Below, piece by piece: positions 1 through 7,665 of a stretch of DNA of 15,474 nt. The notes beneath the pieces were generated by a model. It made no database searches and had not been told where the DNA came from. It worked only from the letters and a program-made list of their open reading frames with translations. Position numbers and translations under genes: made by a program. The stretch's first letter is position 1. Every line of letters starts with the position of its first letter. Source of the stretch: a virus (Duplodnaviria; Heunggongvirae; Uroviricota; Caudoviricetes); IMG/VR virus record IMGVR_UViG_2660238360_000003; one strand, 5' to 3'.

Positions 1-189
1 CTACTTTTGTTGCGCAAACTCTGCCAGCAACGGCCAGCGTTTTAATGCCGCGGCCAACTGTTCGCGTTGGGAAATATCGGCATAATCAATATCAGGCAGT
101 GAAAATGCCTGCTTTAACGCCACAATATCATTCTGGAAGATATAGCCTATCGCGGGATCAGGCAGAGTATCTGGTTCATTGTTATTCAT
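1..189 (-). CDS. hypothetical small protein (62 aa), unrecognised; lies left of an assembly gap
   Basis: ORF with ATG at 187-189 and TAG at 1-3 on minus strand; no convincing Shine-Dalgarno; not recognised by me; separated from the rest of the window by the N-run. Confidence 0.3.
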   Translation of the reverse strand: MNNNEPDTLPDPAIGYIFQNDIVALKQAFSLPDIDYADISQREQLAAALKRWPLLAEFAQQK

Positions 190-257
190 ATTGCTTGATC
201 CGGTGATGCTGCCAACTTACTGATTTAGTGTATGATGGTGTTTTTGAGGTGCTCCAG

Positions 258-267
258 NNNNNNNNNN
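258..267. other. assembly/scaffold gap (run of 10 N)
   Basis: Ten consecutive n characters in the sequence. Confidence 0.97.
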
Positions 268-472
268 ATCAGACCAGAACGCCAATTACAAGCAAAAATC
301 AACAAAACAGTATTAGTTGATTGTTATCTCTGACTTCATACTCCTGCTCCTGTCAGGGTTTTGGCGTAATTCTTCAGTATTCGGTAATCGGTCAAAACAG
401 AACCGGGGAAACGATATAAGCGCAGACGCCCCCAGCGGTGGCGAAGACGTTCTGCCATATAAAACTCAAACA

Positions 473-835
473 TCATTCATTCCCCATTTCGGTGATGGTC
501 AGTTCCAGCCTCCCACCTTTGGTAACAGGCATCTTCACAACGCGGTAATCAACGACCTGAGCATCATCCAGCCAGAAACCTGCTTTAGTGAGTGCGTCAA
601 AAGCGGCTTTTTGCAGATTATCCAGGTCACGGCGACGGCGATCCGGCATGTGGCACTCAATGCGGATTTTCACAGGCATAGCCAGGCCGATATCCAGCAT
701 TGCGTTTTTAATGATTCGGGCGACGTTATCGCGGTATGCCTGCCCCTCTGCGCTGACGTGCGTGCGCCCGCGATTATGGCGGTAATAGCGATTATTGCTC
801 GGAGGCCAGGGTAATGTGATGCTGTAGGTATTCAC
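473..835 (-). CDS. rusA: RusA Holliday junction resolvase (120 aa)
   Basis: Translation [24 protein letters not shown]... matches my recall of E. coli DLP12 RusA; GTG start overlaps the stop of the upstream gene (GTGA). Confidence 0.9.
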   Translation of the reverse strand: MNTYSITLPWPPSNNRYYRHNRGRTHVSAEGQAYRDNVARIIKNAMLDIGLAMPVKIRIECHMPDRRRRDLDNLQKAAFDALTKAGFWLDDAQVVDYRVVKMPVTKGGRLELTITEMGNE

Positions 836-1122
836 GCCTTAATAACCCCCTCTTTCAGCCAGATAACCTGTGTTCTCGCCATACCTTCCAGCGCGCATTC
901 TTTTGCATATGCAGCATCGACAAAATGTGTGCGGCGGTCGATTTCGTCGTGGCAGGCAGAACATGCAATGGTGGCAATCAGGTCTGGCGGTTTGGTACCG
1001 GTGCCGCACAATCCAGTCAGCCGGATATGTGCCAGTACAGACGTTTCAGGGTTGCCATTACATACGCCAGGGATTCTTACCTGGCATTCCCGACTACGCG
1101 CTGCTTTTCTCAAATCAGCCAT
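832..1122 (-). CDS. ybcO: YbcO-like DUF1364 protein (nin region, cysteine-rich; 96 aa from the internal ATG)
   Basis: [37 protein letters not shown]... resembles DLP12 YbcO; start chosen at the ATG preceded by AAGGAGG rather than the longer ORF-track start at 1161. Confidence 0.75.
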   Translation of the reverse strand: MADLRKAARSRECQVRIPGVCNGNPETSVLAHIRLTGLCGTGTKPPDLIATIACSACHDEIDRRTHFVDAAYAKECALEGMARTQVIWLKEGVIKA

Positions 1123-1261
1123 GATTCCTCCTTGCTGCCAGTCGCAACCATTTTTTATCAACCAGGCTGGCGGTATATCCGAGCAGTGTTGGTATTTCGG
1201 AAGGCTTCAGCTCCGGTTTACGCTTACGACGATCTGGTACTCTGTAGATGTGTCCGTTCAT
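1115..1261 (-). CDS. ninE: NinE-like small basic protein (48 aa)
   Basis: Below the ORF-track size cut-off; read by hand on minus strand as [48 protein letters not shown]; position between ybcN and ybcO and basic composition match NinE; stop overlaps ybcO start. Confidence 0.55.
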   Translation of the reverse strand: MNGHIYRVPDRRKRKPELKPSEIPTLLGYTASLVDKKWLRLAARRNHG

Positions 1262-1284
1262 GACACGAATAAGCGGTGTAGCCA

Positions 1285-1740
1285 TTACGCCTCCTGCTTG
1301 TCGCGGAGCAGCTGGAACTCGCAGCTCTGCGGAATAGTCAGGTGGCAGCCAATATTCACCGCCCAGGCTTCAACCTTACACAGGAAGACATACATCTCTC
1401 CGGTATCAAGATCGGAGGTATGGCGTAACGACTGGATAGTGGTGATATCACCGGTTACGACATCAACCAGGTCTTTGGTTTCATAACCGAGATATGTGTG
1501 TTTGAGAGCATCTTTTACCCAAGCTGGAGTGGCGAACGTTTTACCCTTGCTGATGAGGTATTCACTGATTTCGCTGTACCACATGTGGCTGAGTGCATTC
1601 TGGGAAAGACTGCGTCTCTCGCGCCACGGTTTAAGCACCATGCGAAAGCATTTGCCGTCCTCCAGATAAGGCTGGATCTGCCGACCGATAGCGGTGAAGT
1701 TACCGCGATGCAATTTGATACCATCTTGTGGGAGGTTCAC
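1285..1740 (-). CDS. ybcN: YbcN / NinB(Orf)-family recombination mediator (151 aa)
   Basis: [30 protein letters not shown]... with RSLSQN motif as in NinB-family proteins; GTG start preceded by GGAGGT at correct spacing. Confidence 0.8.
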   Translation of the reverse strand: MNLPQDGIKLHRGNFTAIGRQIQPYLEDGKCFRMVLKPWRERRSLSQNALSHMWYSEISEYLISKGKTFATPAWVKDALKHTYLGYETKDLVDVVTGDITTIQSLRHTSDLDTGEMYVFLCKVEAWAVNIGCHLTIPQSCEFQLLRDKQEA

Positions 1741-1980
1741 GCTTCACCTCCGCAGAGGTCAAACGTTGGATGCAAGATATCGCAGGTGCATTTCTGCATC
1801 TGTGACTGGTTGAAAGGTGTTCTGATTGTCGTTTGCACTTTGAGTCCCCTCAAAGCGCAGAAGTCACCGGAGTTGTTCAGGCTCCGATGACATGATTATG
1901 GCGAGTTGATTATGATGAATCAATAGGTTCTTATGTCAAATGAACACTAGATCCAAAGGAGGGTAACAATTATCATAGCC

Positions 1981-1998
1981 AATGAGATTAATCTCATT
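1981..1998. promoter_or_regulatory. perfect 18-bp palindrome AATGAGATT/AATCTCATT just upstream of the RBS of the 472-aa gene; candidate operator
   Basis: The two 9-bp halves are exact reverse complements; followed by AAGGAA and ATG at 2016. Confidence 0.4.
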
Positions 1999-2015
1999 TT
2001 TAATAAGGAAATTTC

Positions 2016-3434
2016 ATGAAATATTTCTCAACTGGTTTTTATGTTTCAAACTCCACATCTCTAGCTGAGATCTTTAATGAATGTTTTTCTTGGGTAAACG
2101 ACTCACCACATACAACTTTTATTCCAGCACAATTAGTATGTGATTATAAAAGCGAGGAGTACTTCATAGAGTCTAAAAATGAAAGAATTGATATAATAAC
2201 TTATAAAAACAAAGATACTAGTTTAGGCTGTTTTAGGTATTCGAAAATATCTGAGCCACACAAATGGGTAACAGATATTTCAATTAATAAAAATCTCAAA
2301 ACTGATACCATGTGGATTCAGGTGGAATCTAGCGTTGTAAGCCAAGATGCAGCTTATCTAGCCCCGCAACCTAAGAAACCATTAGTTGTTATGAGATTGA
2401 TTGATAAATTTTCTGGTGGTCTTGATGATATTTTCAAGGTGTCAGTCGAACCTCATTCCTTAGATGATACTGATGAACATTTAAATATAGCAGCTAAAGT
2501 TATAAATGGTGAAACTGACAACAGACTACCAATAATATACGTTAGCTCCAAGTATTTTTTTAATGAACATGCTCACAATATCATCCCAGAACGCCTTGCA
2601 AGAAAGGTATGCGGATTAGCACATGTATTAATTGAGCCTAGCAATAGACTATTTTCTATTAAGCTAAAAAATGAGACAAATGCTAAAAATGCCTATGCTG
2701 GTGCTGTTGGTATCTATTGGCCACGGGGTCAAAATATCAGTTTTTATCGCCGTGGTGAGAAAACCGCAAAAGAATTTGAAGATGAGTTATTTGATGATGT
2801 TGTAAGAGCTACGACTACAATGGCTCCTGTCTCAGATAGTGGATGGAGTGAGATACAAACCAGAAAAACGAAAGACTCTATTAACTCACTCAAAGAAAGA
2901 GGAGAATACACACGCGAACTGATGGCGCTTTACGAAGCCGATAATGTTGCGAAAGATGACCAAATAGAAGATCTTAAGCATAAGATCTCCTCTTTAGAGC
3001 ACAGAGTACGCACTCTTCAATCACAAGCTTCAGCCCAAGGAAGCATTGTGCTTAATGCTGGTGAAGAGACTGATTTTTTTGATGGAGAAATCAAAAATAT
3101 AATTATTGACGCACTAAAAACTGCCATAAAAAATAAAAATGAATTTGGTAGAAGCTACCATATCTTATCATCCCTAATTGCCAATAATGAATACAATAAA
3201 GAAACCGAGAGTCGCCGCCAATTACTTAAAAGGACTTTAACAGGTTACAGAAGCATGGATAGCGCAACACAAAGAAATTTAAAGGACTTAGGTTTCAGTG
3301 CGTCAAGCGATGGAAAACACTGGAAGTTAACATATAATGAAGACCCTCGATATTCCTATATTTTACCTAAAACAGGAAGTGACCACAGAGGTTCTTTAAA
3401 TGCTATCTCGGATATAGCAAACATTATTTTCTAA
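2016..3434 (+). CDS. hypothetical protein (472 aa), AT-rich accessory (moron) gene of unknown function; candidate anti-phage/abortive-infection protein
   Basis: Long uninterrupted ORF in a visibly AT-rich segment where random ORFs are short; ATG preceded by AAGGAA; opposite strand to the flanking pR-operon genes; followed by a strong hairpin; no Walker A or other motif I can assign. Confidence 0.8.
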   Translation: MKYFSTGFYVSNSTSLAEIFNECFSWVNDSPHTTFIPAQLVCDYKSEEYFIESKNERIDIITYKNKDTSLGCFRYSKISEPHKWVTDISINKNLKTDTMWIQVESSVVSQDAAYLAPQPKKPLVVMRLIDKFSGGLDDIFKVSVEPHSLDDTDEHLNIAAKVINGETDNRLPIIYVSSKYFFNEHAHNIIPERLARKVCGLAHVLIEPSNRLFSIKLKNETNAKNAYAGAVGIYWPRGQNISFYRRGEKTAKEFEDELFDDVVRATTTMAPVSDSGWSEIQTRKTKDSINSLKERGEYTRELMALYEADNVAKDDQIEDLKHKISSLEHRVRTLQSQASAQGSIVLNAGEETDFFDGEIKNIIIDALKTAIKNKNEFGRSYHILSSLIANNEYNKETESRRQLLKRTLTGYRSMDSATQRNLKDLGFSASSDGKHWKLTYNEDPRYSYILPKTGSDHRGSLNAISDIANIIF

Positions 3435-3441
3435 TAAATTT

Positions 3442-3469
3442 CAATAGCACTCACAAATGAGTGCTATTG
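3442..3469. terminator. hairpin (12-bp perfect stem CAATAGCACTCA / TGAGTGCTATTG, loop CAAA) between convergent genes; weak U-tract
   Basis: Exact inverted repeat 8 nt after the stop of the 472-aa gene; only TT follows on plus strand, so intrinsic-terminator function is uncertain. Confidence 0.5.
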
Positions 3470-3485
3470 TTGCCACTGAATTACT

Positions 3486-3740
3486 CTATTTAAATTCAAC
3501 TTTTATCCCTTTGTTTAGCAGGGCATCAGAAACTGCCTTTTTTGTAACATTTATCCCTGCAAGCAATGCTTTATGCATTGGTCCCTTAAAAATTTCTACT
3601 TCTTCTTCAGTGAGTTTAGGCAATGTAATATAAATAACATCTTTCATCTGCTTGTTTTTATAGCATGAGCTTCTTGTGTGCTTACAATCGATATTTTCTT
3701 TATTTCCCAAAACATCATCCCCTTTATAATTCAGTTCCAC
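3486..3740 (-). CDS. hypothetical small protein (84 aa as tracked; possibly 53 aa from internal ATG at 3647)
   Basis: ORF inside the same AT-rich island, convergent with the 472-aa gene; tracked start is GTG with no clear RBS; not recognised. Confidence 0.3.
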   Translation of the reverse strand: MELNYKGDDVLGNKENIDCKHTRSSCYKNKQMKDVIYITLPKLTEEEVEIFKGPMHKALLAGINVTKKAVSDALLNKGIKVEFK

Positions 3741-3804
3741 ACATCAATTATTTAGTTATCACGAATGTCGTAAAACTAAAATTAGTAACAATAATTGCTC
3801 ATAC

Positions 3805-4092
3805 CTACTCTCTTCCATATAAAGCCAACACCCGCTTCATCGCGGCACTTTGACGACACTCCTTAAAAATCAGATTCGTGCTCACCTTTCCTTCCCGTTC
3901 TTCTCTGGTAGCGAACCGGTAATACACCGTTCGCCAGACCTTACCATCAACGACCAGGATTCCTGACCGCGCCATTTTAGCCGCAGCCTGATTTATGCTG
4001 GTTACGGTTGCGCCTGTTACCGCGGCAACGTCCTGCGCACAGAAGTTCTTATGAGTCCCCAGGTAATGAATAATTGCCTCTTTGCCCGTCAT
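3805..4092 (-). CDS. ren: Ren protein (lambda-type, 95 aa)
   Basis: MTGKEAIIHYLGTHKNFCAQDVAAVTGATVTSINQAAAKMARSGILVVDGKVWRTVYYRFATREEREGK... matches my recall of lambda Ren; ATG overlaps P stop (ATGA). Confidence 0.9.
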   Translation of the reverse strand: MTGKEAIIHYLGTHKNFCAQDVAAVTGATVTSINQAAAKMARSGILVVDGKVWRTVYYRFATREEREGKVSTNLIFKECRQSAAMKRVLALYGRE

Positions 4093-4790
4093 ACACTTGC
4101 TCCTTTCAGCCCAAACTTCGCTTTGATTTCTGCGATCTTCGCCAGAGCCTGAACACGATTAAGCGGTCTCCCGCCCATGACAGGAAGTTGTTTTACTGGT
4201 TCAGGTATCGCCTCACCACGGTTAATTCGCGCTGTCATACAGGCCAGTTCATCGGCAGCCTTGCGCCGTAATTCCGCATCAGTCAGCGCATTGGCCCGCA
4301 TGTTCTGATACAGGTTGGTAACCAGCCAGTAGTGCGCGTTTGATTTCCACGGATAAGACTCTGCATCTGGATACAGGCCACGTTTCCGGCAATACTCGTA
4401 AACCATATCAACCAGCTCGCTGGCGTTTGGCAGCCCGGCGGTAACGGATGCTTCTTCCCGGCACCAGGCAACAAACTGCCCGGGTGATGGCAGGAATGGT
4501 CGATTCTGCCGACGGGCTACGCGCATTCCTGCGTTAACCTGTTCCATCGTGGTGATCCCGTTTTCCCGGAAAGCCAGAACCCACTGGCGGCGGATTTCGT
4601 TCAGTTCGTTCTGGTCCCGGTTAGCCAGGCTCGCCGGGAAAGTTGCCAGTAACTGGCTGAACACACCATTGATGATCTGCGCTACCTGTTGTACCTGCGG
4701 CTTTTCGTCGTACTGTTCCGGCATGTTGTTGGCGATCCGGCGCATCTGCTCACGGTCAAAGTTAACCATCTGTGCGGCGATGTTTTTCAT
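4089..4790 (-). CDS. P: replication protein P (DnaB helicase loader), lambda-type, 233 aa
   Basis: MKNIAAQMVNFDREQMRRIANNMPEQYDEKPQVQQVAQIINGVF... essentially lambda P; ATG overlaps O stop. Confidence 0.95.
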   Translation of the reverse strand: MKNIAAQMVNFDREQMRRIANNMPEQYDEKPQVQQVAQIINGVFSQLLATFPASLANRDQNELNEIRRQWVLAFRENGITTMEQVNAGMRVARRQNRPFLPSPGQFVAWCREEASVTAGLPNASELVDMVYEYCRKRGLYPDAESYPWKSNAHYWLVTNLYQNMRANALTDAELRRKAADELACMTARINRGEAIPEPVKQLPVMGGRPLNRVQALAKIAEIKAKFGLKGASV

Positions 4791-5716
4791 AAATCCACCC
4801 CGTAAATCCAGTCAGTGTTTGTCAGGTCGAGTTTTGATTTTCCGGCTATCACGCCAGCCTGTTGCTTGTTACGGTTGATTTCGAGTTGGGTCCACTTGTC
4901 GCGGAGTTTGGCCGGACTTAGCACGTTACCGGACCAGAAGTTGTCCTGGCATGCCCAGCGGAACAGCACGCACATGTCGCGGTGGTTACGGCCGTCACGT
5001 TCACGCATCAGGCGGATATCGTTAGCCCACCCTGCAAAATTCGGTTTTCTGGCTGATGGCGCGATGGTCTTCACCATGTCAAACATCCACTCTGCGGCGG
5101 TCAGGTCTTCTGCTGTCCCCCACCTGCTGCCGCTCTGAATTGCAGCATCTGGTTTCTCCACAGGAAGATCGTTTTCTGGTTGGTCAGAGGATTCGCCAGA
5201 ATTCTCGGACGAAAAAGGTTTTATATTGTCTTTTGTTAGTTTGTATTTTGTGTTTACCTGATTCGGGTAAGTGCCTTTACCTGATTTGGGTAAACTTTTC
5301 TTACCTGATTCAGGTAAATTTACCTCTTTCAGGTAAACTTTATTTTTCTTACCTGATTCGGGTAATGTTGACCATTCACTGACCACATTATTAATGCCGA
5401 TATTCCGCCCGCTCTGAATAAAAATCCCACGCTTTACCAGAACACTTTTTGCAGCAGAACACTTGTGCGGCAATATCCCGGTCAACTCGGAAAGTTGCTC
5501 GTTGCTCACCCAATCCAGTTTTTTATTAAAGCCATATGTTTTGCGCATGACAGCCAGGAAGACCAGAAGCTGGTGCTGTGTTAATCCGGCCAGCATCACA
5601 GCTTCCAGCAACTCATTTGCAATGCGCGTATAACCATCATCGAGATCTGCCACGCGCGGCTCCTTTTGTGCCGCATCCGGCACTGGAAAATTGAATATCT
5701 CAGCAGTGTTTGCCAT
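4787..5716 (-). CDS. O: replication initiator O, chimeric: lambda-type C-terminal domain, non-lambda N-terminal iteron-binding domain (about 309 aa from ATG at 5716)
   Basis: C-terminal half ...SGESSDQPENDL...TAEDLTAAEWMFDMVKTIAPSARKPNFAGWANDIRLMRERDGRNHRDMCVLFRWACQDNFWSGNVLSPAKLRDKWTQLEINRNKQQAG... matches lambda O; start taken at MANTAEIFNF with GGGAGG RBS, not the longer ORF-track start at 5806. Confidence 0.88.
   Translation of the reverse strand: MANTAEIFNFPVPDAAQKEPRVADLDDGYTRIANELLEAVMLAGLTQHQLLVFLAVMRKTYGFNKKLDWVSNEQLSELTGILPHKCSAAKSVLVKRGIFIQSGRNIGINNVVSEWSTLPESGKKNKVYLKEVNLPESGKKSLPKSGKGTYPNQVNTKYKLTKDNIKPFSSENSGESSDQPENDLPVEKPDAAIQSGSRWGTAEDLTAAEWMFDMVKTIAPSARKPNFAGWANDIRLMRERDGRNHRDMCVLFRWACQDNFWSGNVLSPAKLRDKWTQLEINRNKQQAGVIAGKSKLDLTNTDWIYGVDL
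5254..5365 (-). repeat. replication origin iterons: five ~17-bp repeats (TTACCTGATTCGGGTAA and variants) inside O, flanked by an AT-rich stretch (about 5205-5253)
   Basis: Copies at 5254-5270, 5277-5293, 5301-5317, 5320-5336, 5349-5365; arrangement mirrors lambda ori but the repeat sequence is different. Confidence 0.8.
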
Positions 5717-5802
5717 AATTCCTCCCGCAATGAGTGTGTTACGATTTGCACCTGAAAGTCGGTTCTGTTCCCGCAGACCGACTTTCGCCATTTCTGAACC
5801 TG

Positions 5803-6342
5803 TCATATTGCCCCCAGCATGGTGGTCACCATCGCCATTAATGGACCAGCCAGATCCGGGTCCACACGAAACATCGACACAATACCTTCACTCATTTCCT
5901 TCAGTTTCTGGTGGCGTGGTGCGTTGAGAATGACAGCCTGTTTTGCCTCACTGAGTTCCTTTTCCATTTCAGCCAACCGAGTCATGAAGCTATCCTGCTC
6001 AACCAGGTAACCGCGATATTCCAGCGGTAGTACCGCCAGAATTGCCGGGGTCAGTTCACGCACGTTATTTCGGTATTTTTCAGAATCGAATTTGTTATCG
6101 AGGAAGCGGAACAGCTTCTGGCGTGCACGGCTGACATCATCAGGGAAATCGATGGTGCCGTCGCCCTGCTCCCGATACTCATTCACAATGAGTGCGGCAA
6201 CGACATCCTGATTATCTACAGCCGACCAGGCGCGGACGGCATCACGGATTTTTTCGTGGCCTGGAGCTTGTTTTGTTTGAGAACGATTTATCACCGCAGT
6301 CGGAATAAATCCGCTAGTCTGTTGGTATGTAAGTGGTTGCAT
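5803..6342 (-). CDS. YdaT-family protein in the cII position (179 aa)
   Basis: ATG preceded by AAGGAG; segment ELTPAILAVLPLEYRGYL resembles my recollection of Rac YdaT; sits between cro-like gene and O. Confidence 0.55.
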   Translation of the reverse strand: MQPLTYQQTSGFIPTAVINRSQTKQAPGHEKIRDAVRAWSAVDNQDVVAALIVNEYREQGDGTIDFPDDVSRARQKLFRFLDNKFDSEKYRNNVRELTPAILAVLPLEYRGYLVEQDSFMTRLAEMEKELSEAKQAVILNAPRHQKLKEMSEGIVSMFRVDPDLAGPLMAMVTTMLGAI

Positions 6343-6411
6343 AATTGACTCCTTTAGTTTGAATTGACTGTTAAGTTGATTGCTTATTGTTAAAGAGCGT
6401 GAAATGGAAAT

Positions 6412-6642
6412 TTAAGCTGCGTTCTTTTCGGTGTGTGGAAACAACTTCGGAAGATCCGGGCGAATCTGGTATGCCTTCACAACTCCACCAGTAGCCGTAA
6501 CAATGCTGCCGACATGTTCAGGGGATACCTTTGCTTTGTTGTGAAGCCACTTATAGACGGCCTGCTGTGAAACTTCGCAGGCATCGCCTAGTTTCTTTTG
6601 TGAACCAACGATATTGATCGCTGTTTTGATTGCTGGGTTCAT
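6412..6642 (-). CDS. cro: Cro-like HTH regulator (YdaS family, 76 aa)
   Basis: MNPAIKTAINIVGSQKKLGDACEVSQQAVYKWL...ATGGVVKAYQIRPDLPKLF; GGAGG RBS 5 nt upstream of ATG; divergent from the repressor gene. Confidence 0.75.
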   Translation of the reverse strand: MNPAIKTAINIVGSQKKLGDACEVSQQAVYKWLHNKAKVSPEHVGSIVTATGGVVKAYQIRPDLPKLFPHTEKNAA

Positions 6643-6746
6643 AACAACCTCCGTGGTTAATCCGAATAAAGATTAAAACTATGGTTGTTTTTAGTCAACA
6701 ACCATTTTCGTTTGATGAAATAAAACCTTGGTTGTACATTTGATCT
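6643..6746. promoter_or_regulatory. OR-like divergent control region: palindromic operator ATGGTTGTT-N7-AACAACCAT (6681-6705), second GGTTGT site (6728-6736), candidate pR and candidate leaderless pRM
   Basis: pR candidate on minus strand: -35 TTGACT (plus-strand 6693-6698) and -10 TAATCT (plus-strand 6670-6675); pRM candidate on plus strand: -35 TTGATG 6712-6717, 17-bp spacer, -10 TACATT 6735-6740, which places +1 at the cI ATG 6747, and cI has no Shine-Dalgarno. Confidence 0.55.
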
Positions 6747-7436
6747 ATGAAAACAACACTCTCAGAAAGACTTAAAGAAGCCAGATTAGCGCGAGGCCTT
6801 ACACAAAAGGCGCTTGGGGATTTGGTCGGGGTTAGCCAGGCTGCTATTCAGAAAATCGAAACAGGGAAAGCTAACCAAACAACTAAAATCGTGGAGATCG
6901 CGAACGCTTTGGGTGTGCGCGCAGAATGGTTATCTTCTGGCGTTGGAAATATGTCAGACAGTACAGTGCAACCAATACAATCAACTGTCAGCCATTCCAA
7001 ATACTTCAAAATTGACGTTCTTGATATAGAAGTCAGTGCCGGGCCAGGTGTAATCAACCGTGAGTTTGTAGAAGTTCTACGCTCGGTTGAGTACTCGTTT
7101 GACGATGCTCGTCACATGTTCGATGGCAGGAAGGCGGAAAATATCCGCATCATTAACGTGCGAGGTGACAGCATGTCAGGGACGATCGAACCAGGTGACC
7201 TGCTGTTCGTTGATATCACTGTTAAATCTTTCGACGGTGATGGCATCTATGCGTTTCTGTACGACGACACTGCCCATGTAAAACGTCTTCAAATGATGAA
7301 GGATAAGCTGCTGGTTATCTCTGATAACAAGAGCTACTCGCCGTGGGACCCGATCGAGAAAGACGAGATGAACCGGGTGTTCATATTCGGTAAGGTCATT
7401 GGAAGCATGCCGCAGACGTACAGGAAGCATGGTTAA
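6747..7436 (+). CDS. cI: CI-like prophage repressor (N-terminal HTH-XRE, C-terminal S24 LexA-like peptidase; 229 aa), not lambda immunity
   Basis: LTQKALGDLVGVSQAAIQKIETGK helix-turn-helix; C-terminal GDSMSGTIEPGDLLFVD...AHVKRL self-cleavage motifs; divergent from cro. Confidence 0.9.
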   Translation: MKTTLSERLKEARLARGLTQKALGDLVGVSQAAIQKIETGKANQTTKIVEIANALGVRAEWLSSGVGNMSDSTVQPIQSTVSHSKYFKIDVLDIEVSAGPGVINREFVEVLRSVEYSFDDARHMFDGRKAENIRIINVRGDSMSGTIEPGDLLFVDITVKSFDGDGIYAFLYDDTAHVKRLQMMKDKLLVISDNKSYSPWDPIEKDEMNRVFIFGKVIGSMPQTYRKHG

Positions 7437-7665
7437 TTTATCTACGACTTAAGGGAGCGAAGGTTAAGGTTTATACCACTCGGATTAGATATTGCACTAA
7501 ATTCTCTATAAGAACGCCAAATCTGTTTGCATATTTCAGTAAATATTCTCGTTGTTAGCTGAGATTTGTTGCTACTGTCAGCAAAATGTCCCCCTATCTC
7601 GTAGCGGTTTTTATTTCGAATCATTATGTTAAGATGTTTCTGATTATAATGAATGGAAACATAAA

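Noticed and set aside
317-1486. Plus-strand ORFs of 65-185 aa (317..814, 588..785, 870..1124, 925..1263, 929..1486)
   Set aside because: They lie antisense to the well-supported rusA, ybcO, ninE and ybcN genes, have no RBS and give low-complexity Arg/Ser-rich translations; shadow ORFs.
1498-1890. Plus-strand 130-aa ORF and minus-strand 69-aa ORF overlapping ybcN
   Set aside because: Alternative frames of the ybcN coding region with no start signals.
5254-5365. Repeat cluster considered as a possible CRISPR array
   Set aside because: Repeats are only about 17 bp with 2-12 bp spacers, lie inside the O reading frame and match the layout of a lambdoid ori iteron set; no cas genes nearby.
4074-5382. 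Plus-strand ORFs antisense to P and O (4074..4271, 4549..4878, 4815..5138, 5056..5382) and the minus-strand 63-aa ORF 4283..4474
   Set aside because: Overlap genes recognised with high confidence; translations are low-complexity with no RBS.
5717-5806. N-terminal 30-codon extension of O proposed by the ORF track (start at 5806)
   Set aside because: The ATG at 5716 has a GGGAGG Shine-Dalgarno and gives an N-terminus analogous to lambda O; the extension would overlap the 3' end of the upstream gene with no RBS.
6814-7430. Alternative-frame ORFs within cI (6814..7029 +, 6848..7057 -, 7087..7281 +, 7176..7430 -)
   Set aside because: Inside the confidently identified repressor gene; no independent support.
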